From a virus (taxonomy: Duplodnaviria; Caudoviricetes), in the IMG/VR virus record IMGVR_UViG_3300037722_000443, positions 1 through 54,680 of that record: 54,680 nt of DNA; one strand, given 5' to 3'. Under the pieces are notes generated by a model. It saw nothing but the letters and a program-made list of their open reading frames with translations, searched no databases and was not told where the DNA came from. Numbering within the stretch: position 1 is the stretch's first letter; every line of letters begins with the position of its first letter. The translations under genes were made by a program, and so were the position numbers. Positions 8,137 through 15,205 of this stretch are shown here, piece by piece.

Positions 8137-8416
8137 GCAAGGCCGGCCAACTGATCGGGTGCGGGAAGCGGCGCAAGCCGGTGCTGCTGTTTGTCCTGCA
8201 GAAGGGCCGCTGCGCGATTTGTGGCAAGCCGAGGGCGGCGGTCGGGAGAGTAACCTGGTGCTGACGCATTCGGCCTGTAACAACAAGAAAGGCGGCGACA
8301 TGCCGCTGAAATACATGCGCCGGATGGCCGCTGATCTGGACGCGGTTTGCGCCTTCCTTGAGCAGCACAAGGCCGAGTTGAACCCCCGCCAAAAGACAAT
8401 CCTGTTTGGAGGCTGA
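8133..8416 (+). pseudogene. HNH endonuclease broken by internal deletion/frameshift
   Basis: Frame from ATG 8133 gives QKGRCAICGKP then stops; another frame gives EGGGRESNLVLTHSACNNKKG; the central DH segment is missing. Confidence 0.65.
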
Positions 8417-8417
8417 T

Positions 8418-8924
8418 ATGGGCGTAGCACACCAACTGGCAAGACTCACCGCGCAATCGCCGCCGATGGAATTGCTGCCAGCCGGCGGAATTCCCGAGGT
8501 CACGAGGGAAATGGTGGCCTTGGCGGCCGCTTCCCTGGATGACGATCTGGCCTACCACTTGGTGATGGGCCGATACATGGACAGCATTGCCAGCAAGAGC
8601 CGGTCCTTGCCGCTGATCGAACAGGAGAGCCAGCGGATATGGGTGCGCGCCAACCGTGGCCAGATTCGCAAGCTGGATTCCTTTGACCGGCTGACGGTGC
8701 TGGTCCACGCGACTTACTTCAACAACCCAGAGGGCCGGGCTCAGGGTGAGAAAACCGGGCGGAATACGCTCACCGCTGCCGAGCGGGCAAGGTTCTGCAA
8801 TCTCTCGGAGAGCACATGGCATTCGCGGTGGGGTCAGCAGTTCGCGGACCTGGTGGGCTGTCTGGACGGGCGCGAAGGCTGTCTCATGCGGTGGATTGCC
8901 AAGAACATCTGGAGGATGGAGTAA
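8418..8924 (+). CDS. Q-like late antiterminator
   Basis: End of nin region; N-terminal LARL...GGIPEVT..MVALA and C-terminal HTH-like TAAERARFCNLSESTWHSRW. Confidence 0.6.
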   Translation: MGVAHQLARLTAQSPPMELLPAGGIPEVTREMVALAAASLDDDLAYHLVMGRYMDSIASKSRSLPLIEQESQRIWVRANRGQIRKLDSFDRLTVLVHATYFNNPEGRAQGEKTGRNTLTAAERARFCNLSESTWHSRWGQQFADLVGCLDGREGCLMRWIAKNIWRME

Positions 8925-9193
8925 TGGGAGTAGTGCCCGCCAAAGAAAACTGGGCAAGCGGTGGGCCGATTCGTGATTTCCGCGGGGGTTGGGCGAAAGT
9001 ATTGTTTGGTCCGAGCGGACTCACCAGATCACAGCGTGTTCATTGGTGGGACGCTGTGAGCGAAAGCGAAGGCATGGCTTTTTACTCATCAGCGTGTGGA
9101 CTGCTTCGTGCAGCGACAGACGGGGTGCCGGTGTTGGCTGGTGGCAGCTGGCCGCGCTGTAAGAATTGCTTGAAAGCAACACGGCAAAAATGA
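8924..9193 (+). CDS. hypothetical Cys-containing protein
   Basis: TAATG-coupled; SACG...CKNC. Confidence 0.55.
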   Translation: MGVVPAKENWASGGPIRDFRGGWAKVLFGPSGLTRSQRVHWWDAVSESEGMAFYSSACGLLRAATDGVPVLAGGSWPRCKNCLKATRQK

Positions 9194-9780
9194 CGGAGGA
9201 ACCCATGGACTCAGCCACCCGCTCGGAAGTTGTATTTGGCCACCTGATGAACTGCCTGCCGGAGCTGGTGAACGAGAGCAATGCGCCCATTTATCGGTAC
9301 GTTGGCAACGTGCTGTGGCGGGTCGGCCCACCCTTTCAGGTATTCATGATGAGCGCCGGGGAGTCCTACCCGCAGTACGTGACGCTCGGTGTTGGCAAGA
9401 ATTTGGAAGAACGGATAAGGCGCCTGATTCGATCCTCGCCGGTGCAAACCAGGGTGGCTGTGTACACGATGGTGCCGAGTTTCAAGCAGGCTTTGGGGCT
9501 GCGCGAGCAACTGATTGCTGAACTGGATGCAGCCTTTCCCGGTGTGCGCGGGCGGGTTGGAAGCTGGAAGGACTGGTACAACCTGGCGGGTGAGGATACC
9601 GAGGGCACCACGGCGCTTGAGCGGGCGACCTTGCTGCTGACCAAGCGCGTGCAGCAAACTCCGTATGCGACCAGGCTGTACAGGTACGAGCCGGCGGTGA
9701 AGCCGGAAGCGATACGCGGGGTCAAAGAGAGCGTGGAAGCCTTGCGAGATACCATTGAGAATGAAGTGGTTTCCCATTGA
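9190..9780 (+). CDS. hypothetical protein, possibly degenerate GIY-YIG/T5orf172-like
   Basis: YVTLGVGKNLEERIRRLIRSSP resembles the KIG.S..PE.R...LQ..SP motif. Confidence 0.45.
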   Translation: MTEEPMDSATRSEVVFGHLMNCLPELVNESNAPIYRYVGNVLWRVGPPFQVFMMSAGESYPQYVTLGVGKNLEERIRRLIRSSPVQTRVAVYTMVPSFKQALGLREQLIAELDAAFPGVRGRVGSWKDWYNLAGEDTEGTTALERATLLLTKRVQQTPYATRLYRYEPAVKPEAIRGVKESVEALRDTIENEVVSH

Positions 9781-9791
9781 ACAAAGGTCTT
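9777..9791 (+). repeat. 15-bp direct repeat, left boundary of the Y RNA-Ro cassette
   Basis: TTGAACAAAGGTCTT, identical to 11530-11544. Confidence 0.9.
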
Positions 9792-9819
9792 GGCAATCGC
9801 TTCCTAAAGTGTGTACAAT
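9790..9819 (+). promoter_or_regulatory. sigma70 promoter for the Y RNA-Ro operon
   Basis: TTGGCA-18-TACAAT; predicted start ~9826-9827 coincides with the 5' end of the first RNA stem. Confidence 0.7.
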
Positions 9820-9826
9820 GGGTGTC

Positions 9827-9892
9827 GCTCGTGGTGAAGAATTCGGATACTTCTCATTGGTTGAAAAACTCCGGTTTCGCTTGTTCCCGAGC
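9827..9892 (+). ncRNA. short Y-RNA-like ncRNA (Ro-binding stem only)
   Basis: GCTCG/CGAGC terminal stem, inner GAATTCGGA/TCCGGTTTC pairing; shares GTGGTG.AG, TACTTC and TCGCTTGTTCCC with the next RNA. Confidence 0.75.
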
Positions 9893-9904
9893 ACTGGTTT
9901 AACG

Positions 9905-10028
9905 TCCGGTGGTGTAGGTAAGAGTTACTTCGCCTCTTAAGCGAGTGGTCGCAGGTTCGAGTCCTGCTCGGCTTTGCCGGTAGCTCAGTGGTTAGAGCAC
10001 TTATTACTCTTGTCGCTTGTTCCCCGGA
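9905..10028 (+). ncRNA. yrlA: YrlA-like Y RNA with circularly permuted tRNA-Lys(CUU) domain
   Basis: TCCGG/CCGGA and AAGAGT/ACTCTT closing stems; inside: anticodon arm, variable loop, T arm GCAGG-TTCGAGT-CCTGC, loop-closed acceptor stem, D arm TAGCTCAGTGGTTAGAGC; directly upstream of the TROVE gene. Confidence 0.88.
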
Positions 10029-10046
10029 TTTATTCAGGAGAATTCC

Positions 10047-11411
10047 ATGCGTACTAACGTCGCAGCAGATTATTCAACCGTCCGCACTCACGAAGGCGCA
10101 CAAGCCTTTCCCCACCTCAAGCCTATTGACCAGCTTCGCCGGTCTGTGTTGGCCTGTATGCTGTGGGAGCGGCAATTCTATGAGGGCGGTCAGGATATTG
10201 CCGACCGGATTGCGGACCTAGCCAAGACGGTTGACCCGGAAGATGTGTCCGCGCTGGCAATCGAGGCCCGGAGCGTTCACAACTTGCGCCACGCCCCCTT
10301 GTTGCTGGCCTGTGGCCTGATTCCGCGAGGCGGAAAGGTGGTGTCAAAAACCATTGAGCAGGTCATTCAGCGACCGGATGAAATGGGCGAACTGATTTCC
10401 CTGTACTGGCGCGATGGCAAAAAGCCGCTGTCCGCGCAGTTGAAAAAGGGATTGACGAAAGTCTTTCGGAAGTTCGATGCCTACCAGTTGGCGAAGTACA
10501 ACCGGGCAGATTCAATCAAGCTGCGCGATGTGATGTTCATGACCCACCCGAAGCCCAAGGATGAGGCGCAGGCCGAGGTCTGGCGCAAGCTGGCCGAGGG
10601 CACGCTGGAATCCCCGGATACTTGGGAGGTTGGACTGTCATCTGGCGCGGACAAGCGGGAAACGTTTACCCGGTTGCTGGCCGAGGGCAAACTGGGCTAC
10701 ATGGCTTTGCTGCGTAACTTGCGGAACATGAGCGAGGCTGGCGTTGACGATGATTTGATTACCAATGCTATCCTGGCCCGCAAGGGCGCGCACCGTGTCC
10801 TGCCGTTCCGGTACGTGGCAGCGGCCCGCGCCTGCCCGCGCCTTGAGCCGGCTTTGGATCAGGCTTTGGTCGCGTCTATTGCCGAGGCAGCGCCGCTGCC
10901 GGGCAAGACGGTGATTGTGGTGGATGTTTCGGTGTCGATGAATGACGGGTTGTCAGCTAGGTCGGAACTGACCCGCCTTGATGCCGCCGCCGCGCTGGCG
11001 TCGGTGGTGCCGGGCGACGTTCGGGTATTTACGTTTTCATTCCGTGGTGCCGGGTATGGCCACCAGGGCTGGCAACATGATGGCAAGACCCCGGTGCTGG
11101 TGGAAGTGCCGCCGAGGCGCGGAATGTCGGGCGTTGATGCCGTCATAAACTCGCAGGAACGGTCGGGCACTTTGTTGGGCCGGGCAGTTACTGAGGCAAA
11201 CGCGATTCCTCATGACCGGCTGATTGTCATCACCGACGAGCAAAGCCATGACACGGTGCCCGATCCGGTGAGCGAGAACGCCTACATGATTAACGTTGCC
11301 TCGAACAAGAACGGTGTTGGCTATGGCAAGTGGACGCACCTGGACGGGTTTTCCGAGGCGGTAATCAAGTGGATTCAGGCTTATGAAGCGAATCAACATT
11401 CACCTGCCTGA
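10047..11411 (+). CDS. rsr: Ro60/Rsr TROVE-domain RNA-binding protein with C-terminal vWA domain
   Basis: LWERQFYE, FDAYQLAKYNR, KLRDVMFMTHPKP, DTWEVGLS, LGYMALLRNLRN; MIDAS DVSVSM, ITDEQ; AGGAG RBS before ATG 10047. Confidence 0.95.
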   Translation: MRTNVAADYSTVRTHEGAQAFPHLKPIDQLRRSVLACMLWERQFYEGGQDIADRIADLAKTVDPEDVSALAIEARSVHNLRHAPLLLACGLIPRGGKVVSKTIEQVIQRPDEMGELISLYWRDGKKPLSAQLKKGLTKVFRKFDAYQLAKYNRADSIKLRDVMFMTHPKPKDEAQAEVWRKLAEGTLESPDTWEVGLSSGADKRETFTRLLAEGKLGYMALLRNLRNMSEAGVDDDLITNAILARKGAHRVLPFRYVAAARACPRLEPALDQALVASIAEAAPLPGKTVIVVDVSVSMNDGLSARSELTRLDAAAALASVVPGDVRVFTFSFRGAGYGHQGWQHDGKTPVLVEVPPRRGMSGVDAVINSQERSGTLLGRAVTEANAIPHDRLIVITDEQSHDTVPDPVSENAYMINVASNKNGVGYGKWTHLDGFSEAVIKWIQAYEANQHSPA

Positions 11412-11517
11412 GCCTATGCTCAAAAGGGTGCGTGCTGAGGTAAAAAAGACAGGCCTGTCTATCGCCGAGATCATTCGCAGGGCGCTGGACATGTATCTCG
11501 AAAAGCGCGGCAAATAG
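11383..11517 (+). CDS. 44-aa ribbon-helix-helix (CopG/Arc-like) DNA-binding protein, absent from the ORF track
   Basis: MKRINIHLPEPMLKRVRAEVKKTGLSIAEIIRRALDMYLEKRGK; overlaps the TROVE stop. Confidence 0.85.
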   Translation: MKRINIHLPEPMLKRVRAEVKKTGLSIAEIIRRALDMYLEKRGK

Positions 11518-11529
11518 ACACAGCCAGCG

Positions 11530-11544
11530 TTGAACAAAGGTCTT
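11530..11544 (+). repeat. 15-bp direct repeat, right boundary of the Y RNA-Ro cassette
   Basis: TTGAACAAAGGTCTT, identical to 9777-9791. Confidence 0.9.
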
Positions 11545-11571
11545 TACTGGAGGGGTACCCCCTGTTAATAT
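11543..11571 (+). promoter_or_regulatory. pR'-like late promoter
   Basis: TTTACT-17-TAATAT with TG extension; followed by a short leader, a terminator and lysis genes. Confidence 0.65.
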
Positions 11572-11598
11572 CCATACTAAGCAAAGTTGTCACCAATG

Positions 11599-11620
11599 AA
11601 CCGCCTTCGGGCGGTTTTTT
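11599..11620 (+). terminator. tR'-like intrinsic terminator
   Basis: AACCGCC-TTCG-GGCGGTTTTTT. Confidence 0.85.
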
Positions 11621-11642
11621 GCGTCTGGAGGCGGGGTTCCGA

Positions 11643-11978
11643 ATGAGCAAACTCATGGATGGGCTGACAGCCTGGCAGAAGGTAGCGGCTGCGGTGGTGA
11701 TTACGGCGGCCCTGGTTGGCGGCGGTAAGACCGGGATCGAGGCATGGCTGATGCCGAGAGCCGAGGCGTCGCAGGCGATCGAGGAACTGATCTGGCGCGA
11801 ACTCCGGGATGTGCGCGAGCAGCTCAGGAAACAGAAAATCTACCGGGCGCAGGTGGCGTCAGACGAAAAAATAAATCAGTCACAGAAAACCATCCTGCTG
11901 GCTGAAATTGAGGTCGAGCTTGAGGAACTGGCGAAAGAAGAAGCCTGCCTGGAGTCCGGCCGACTGAGATGCAATTAA
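11643..11978 (+). CDS. membrane-anchored coiled-coil protein
   Basis: N-terminal hydrophobic helix; GGAGG upstream. Confidence 0.6.
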   Translation: MSKLMDGLTAWQKVAAAVVITAALVGGGKTGIEAWLMPRAEASQAIEELIWRELRDVREQLRKQKIYRAQVASDEKINQSQKTILLAEIEVELEELAKEEACLESGRLRCN

Positions 11979-12056
11979 CCGTGTCGCAACGGAGGCCGCT
12001 GAAGATCGCGGGCATATATGGAAACTGCGGAATGCGTATTTGCGAGGGGTCACAGA

Positions 12057-12410
12057 ATGCAGTCGTTGCTAACGGACTTGGTGTTCAAGGATCTGGACAA
12101 GGAGCAGCGGACCGCTATTTGGCGGACGGCGGTGACGCTCGGGCTGGTGTTTCATGTGGCGCTGGTGCATGGCTGTCTGCCGGGGGTTGCCGGGTTTGCG
12201 GACGCTGAAACCGTGGAGACCATTCAAGTCACGATGCTGGAGGAGAGCATCATCGAGGCTCAAGGGCGGTTCTGCACATCGCAAATGAACGAGAACAGCG
12301 AGGCATTGCCGTTCACCGAGCAGCGCCGACGCCGACTGGCGCAGAAGTGGCTTGAATTGAAGCGCACGCCGTTCGACATACCATCATGCGCCGCGCTGGG
12401 AATCCGGTGA
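12057..12410 (+). CDS. membrane-anchored hypothetical protein
   Basis: Hydrophobic segment, two C-terminal Cys; GAGG RBS. Confidence 0.6.
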   Translation: MQSLLTDLVFKDLDKEQRTAIWRTAVTLGLVFHVALVHGCLPGVAGFADAETVETIQVTMLEESIIEAQGRFCTSQMNENSEALPFTEQRRRRLAQKWLELKRTPFDIPSCAALGIR

Positions 12411-12411
12411 A

Positions 12412-12738
12412 ATGGAGGCCGAAGATCTGCGTCACGTTGAGTTGCTGGTATCCAAGGAGCGGGAACTCCGCGAACAGCAGTTTGAATCGGCGCAAGATGC
12501 GATTCGTAAGGAAGCAGTCAATATGACTTTGCGGCTGGAGGCACAAAACGGTGTGCTGACCCTAATGAAAGAACAGCAGCAGTTTTTTGTCCGGACAGAG
12601 ATCAAGGATGAAATCGAGCGGCGGCTCACCGCGCTTGAGCGGCAGCGGGATACCTGGAAGGGCGGCGCTTCAGCCCTGTGGGCTGCTGCCGGCGCTGTCG
12701 TGGCATTGATCGCGGTATGGGCGGGAGTATTCCGATAA
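12412..12738 (+). CDS. coiled-coil protein with C-terminal TM helix (lysis region)
   Basis: Coiled coil then WKGGASALWAAAGAVVALIAVW. Confidence 0.65.
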   Translation: MEAEDLRHVELLVSKERELREQQFESAQDAIRKEAVNMTLRLEAQNGVLTLMKEQQQFFVRTEIKDEIERRLTALERQRDTWKGGASALWAAAGAVVALIAVWAGVFR

Positions 12739-12757
12739 GCCATTGGAGGAAATTGAA

Positions 12758-12916
12758 ATGAGTGTTGGAACTCTGTTACTAATCGTTTTGATACTGGCCC
12801 TGGTCGGCGCTTTCCCATCCTGGGGCCATAGTCGCAGTTGGGGCTATGGGCCATCCGGTGTGCTTGGCTTGATCGTGGTGGTGCTGGTGATCCTGCTGTT
12901 GCTGGGGAAAATCTAA
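12758..12916 (+). CDS. DUF3309-family small membrane protein (not in ORF track)
   Basis: MSVGTLLLIVLILALVGAFPSWGHSRSWGYGPSGVLGLIVVVLVILLLLGKI; GGAGG RBS. Confidence 0.85.
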   Translation: MSVGTLLLIVLILALVGAFPSWGHSRSWGYGPSGVLGLIVVVLVILLLLGKI

Positions 12917-12917
12917 C

Positions 12918-13085
12918 GTGGAAGCCTATGGCTGCGGAGTGGTCGTGCTTAGCTGTATCCAAACCGTGCTGGTGCTCCAAAAGCTGATTCACTTCATTGA
13001 CTGGTCCTGGTGGTGGGTGCTGACTCCCATGTGGATAGTGGTTGCGGCAACGATAGCCCTGGGCATGTACGGGGTGTTCAAGTGA
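12918..13085 (+). CDS. small two-TM membrane protein (not in ORF track)
   Basis: GTG start; KLIHFIDWSWWWVLTPMW motif typical of small phage membrane proteins. Confidence 0.7.
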   Translation: MEAYGCGVVVLSCIQTVLVLQKLIHFIDWSWWWVLTPMWIVVAATIALGMYGVFK

Positions 13086-13092
13086 GGCGCGT

Positions 13093-13329
13093 ATGCTGAT
13101 CGAATTCCTGGTATCCAAGTTCTTTTTCCTGGTAATCCTTGCAGCCGCATTTGGCGCGTATGTGGGCATGACCAGATTTCACAATTGGAGCATCGGCCTT
13201 GGGTGGAGTATCGACATCTGGCCAGCGATCAAAAAAGACCCGCGAGCGGTGGCGGATTATTTCCGCACGGTGCGGCTTGGCTTTTGTATCATCATTGGCC
13301 TGGCACTCCTCGCAGGCGCAATTTCCTGA
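13093..13329 (+). CDS. putative holin
   Basis: 78 aa, two TM segments, overlaps the endolysin. Confidence 0.6.
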   Translation: MLIEFLVSKFFFLVILAAAFGAYVGMTRFHNWSIGLGWSIDIWPAIKKDPRAVADYFRTVRLGFCIIIGLALLAGAIS

Positions 13330-13813
13330 CCAGTACGACCAGTGGTTCCGCGAGACCGCGATCCGCTATCTGTACACCTACCTGCCGGATGACGATTGGC
13401 GCTGGTGGAAGGCGCAGTGCTATCAAGAGTCACGCCTGAAGCCGGATGCAGTGAGCCCGGCCGGGGCGGTCGGGCTGTGCCAACTGATCTCTGGTGCGGC
13501 TCAGGATGCCGGACTAGATCCTGAATTGCGCACGGATGCCCGGAGAAACATCAAGGCGGGCGCGTGGATACTGCGCCGCAATTTGCGGGTATGGTGGCGC
13601 CGGGATGAGCGGCTGGAGCATCTCAAGCTGGGCTGGGCCGGTTACAACGCCGGGGCCGGGCACATCATCAAGGCACAGTCATTGTGCGATGCTGCGCCCT
13701 TGTGGGACGGTATCAGTCAATGCCTGCAATGTGTCACCGGGCCGAAAAATAGCGCTGAAACTATCGGCTACGTTCGGCTAATCCAGCGTTGGTACGCAGC
13801 CCTTGCAGAATGA
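13199..13813 (+). CDS. SLT lytic transglycosylase endolysin (start uncertain)
   Basis: QESRLKPDAVSPAGAVGLCQL, GYNAGAG, ETIGYV motifs. Confidence 0.9.
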   Translation: MGGVSTSGQRSKKTRERWRIISARCGLAFVSSLAWHSSQAQFPDQYDQWFRETAIRYLYTYLPDDDWRWWKAQCYQESRLKPDAVSPAGAVGLCQLISGAAQDAGLDPELRTDARRNIKAGAWILRRNLRVWWRRDERLEHLKLGWAGYNAGAGHIIKAQSLCDAAPLWDGISQCLQCVTGPKNSAETIGYVRLIQRWYAALAE

Positions 13814-13952
13814 TCTTTGACGATCCACCGGGTTCGCGCTGACCCTGTTCCCAGAATATCACTGCGCGGCGGGTAACACCGCAAGCCTCAGCCAGACGCT
13901 CTTGCGTCCAGCCGAGGGCTTTTCGGAGTTCGCGGATTTCGGGGCCGGTCAC
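13761..13952 (-). CDS. small XRE HTH regulator (moron gene 3)
   Basis: TGPEIRELRKALGWTQERLAEACGVTRRAVIFWEQG; GTGA-coupled. Confidence 0.85.
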   Translation of the reverse strand: MTGPEIRELRKALGWTQERLAEACGVTRRAVIFWEQGQREPGGSSKIILQGLRTNAGLAERSR

Positions 13953-14152
13953 TTGCGGGCCTCTCGTGGATGCCGTGCGGCGAACTCTGCCACTTGCCGG
14001 TGCTTGAGCGAGTCCCAAACCTCGACCGATCCGTAGGTGAGGCTGTCGGCTATGATTTCGGCGGCGCTGATTGCCTCCGGCTCGGTGCGATACCGCGTGA
14101 CTTCGCGGCGGTCATCGAAGTGGTAAACGGTCACTGAGAATGGGTTGTTCAT
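13949..14152 (-). CDS. hypothetical protein (moron gene 2)
   Basis: AGGAG RBS, MNNPFSVTVYHFDD. Confidence 0.7.
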   Translation of the reverse strand: MNNPFSVTVYHFDDRREVTRYRTEPEAISAAEIIADSLTYGSVEVWDSLKHRQVAEFAARHPREARK

Positions 14153-14219
14153 GATGTTTGCTCCTGTATCGGGAATCTCCCCGCTACAGCCGCCCCTCAA
14201 GCGGCTGGTGCTGGGTGAC

Positions 14220-14480
14220 TCAGGCGGTGCGGCGCGGGTCATACACCGGGCGTCCGGTTGACTCCTTGCGCATCTCTTGTCCGGCGCGATAACAGGCGTA
14301 TGCAATGCTGCCCGCAACGGGGGCGCGGCGGTCACCGAGAAGGCCGCCCCAAAATGCGTCGCGATAAGTGGCGGAGCGGTGCGGTGTGCCATCAGCGCGG
14401 AGCCAATGACCTTGCCGGTAGTTCTCAACTGCGTTGTCGTAGGCGGCGCGCAGTGTCGGGTTGCGGAATCGGTTGGTCAT
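14220..14480 (-). CDS. hypothetical protein (moron gene 1)
   Basis: AGGAG RBS, MTNRFRNPTLRAAY. Confidence 0.7.
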   Translation of the reverse strand: MTNRFRNPTLRAAYDNAVENYRQGHWLRADGTPHRSATYRDAFWGGLLGDRRAPVAGSIAYACYRAGQEMRKESTGRPVYDPRRTA

Positions 14481-14514
14481 CTCACTTGCTCCTGGTTGGT
14501 TAACTGACACTTAC

Positions 14515-14543
14515 AATATAGTGTACAGTGTGCACTATTGCAA
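14515..14543 (-). promoter_or_regulatory. moron promoter with palindromic operator in the spacer
   Basis: TTGCAA-17-TATATT; near-palindrome TAGTGTACAGTGTGCACTA at 14519-14537. Confidence 0.75.
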
Positions 14544-14582
14544 GGGTTATCTTCATTCGCTTCGTCGCAAAGAGGAAACACC

Positions 14583-14690
14583 ATGTTTGCATTCATTTTC
14601 TACGTGCTCGGGTCAATCGCCTGCCTGATCTACATTGCCGACAACTGGCAGCGCCTGAAGAACGCCTTTCGCGCCGTCTCGGGAGACTAA
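14583..14690 (+). CDS. 35-aa membrane peptide (not in ORF track)
   Basis: GAGGA RBS; MFAFIFYVLGSIACLIYIADNWQRLKNAFRAVSGD. Confidence 0.55.
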   Translation: MFAFIFYVLGSIACLIYIADNWQRLKNAFRAVSGD

Positions 14691-14734
14691 GTGCTCTACG
14701 GACTGGGTGCCTGCCTGGCGCAGGCGAGACTCTG

Positions 14735-15205
14735 ATGTGGCTGAAGGTCGGCGCCATCGTGGGTGTGGCCCTGCTGGTCTGGGCACACTTCGCGCAGGAC
14801 AGCCGCACGGCCGAGAAGCTGGATGACGCCAGGGCCGAGCTCGCCAAGTCGGAACAGAGCCTTGCCACCCAGCAGCAAACCAACGCCGACAACCTGATCG
14901 AGATTGACAAACTCGAAGCGGCCAACCAGGCATGGGCCGACCAATGGGAACAGCACGCAGGCAACTGGAACGAACGGCTCAACTTCCTGCGCAACGAACT
15001 GGAAACTGAAAGACAGGCACGCGCCCGGGATCGGGCAGCGGCCGCCGCCGAACTTGAGAGGATTCTCGCCAATGACCTGGATGCCGCAACGTGGAGTGCT
15101 CAGCCTGTGCCTGATGCTATTGGTGGCTGGCTGTGCAGCACAGTCGCCTGGCCCTGTGCGAGTGGAAACGAAGGAGATCAAGGTTCCGGTCCCGACGGCG
15201 CTTGA
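14735..15205 (+). CDS. Rz: inner-membrane spanin
   Basis: N-terminal TM helix plus long coiled coil, WSAQPVPD tail. Confidence 0.8.
   Translation: MWLKVGAIVGVALLVWAHFAQDSRTAEKLDDARAELAKSEQSLATQQQTNADNLIEIDKLEAANQAWADQWEQHAGNWNERLNFLRNELETERQARARDRAAAAAELERILANDLDAATWSAQPVPDAIGGWLCSTVAWPCASGNEGDQGSGPDGA

Noticed and set aside
9929-10000. Functional tRNA-Lys gene
   Set aside because: Arms are permuted, the acceptor stem is closed by a loop, there is no CCA, and it sits inside a longer closing stem next to TROVE; a Y RNA fits better
9827-10028. CRISPR mini-array from the repeated TCGCTTGTTCCC motif
   Set aside because: Only two short copies, each paired within an RNA stem; no repeat-spacer periodicity and no cas genes
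9988-10221. ORFs 9755..9940, 9988..10221 and the TTG extension of TROVE to 10017
   Set aside because: They overlap the structured RNAs; ATG 10047 has the AGGAG RBS
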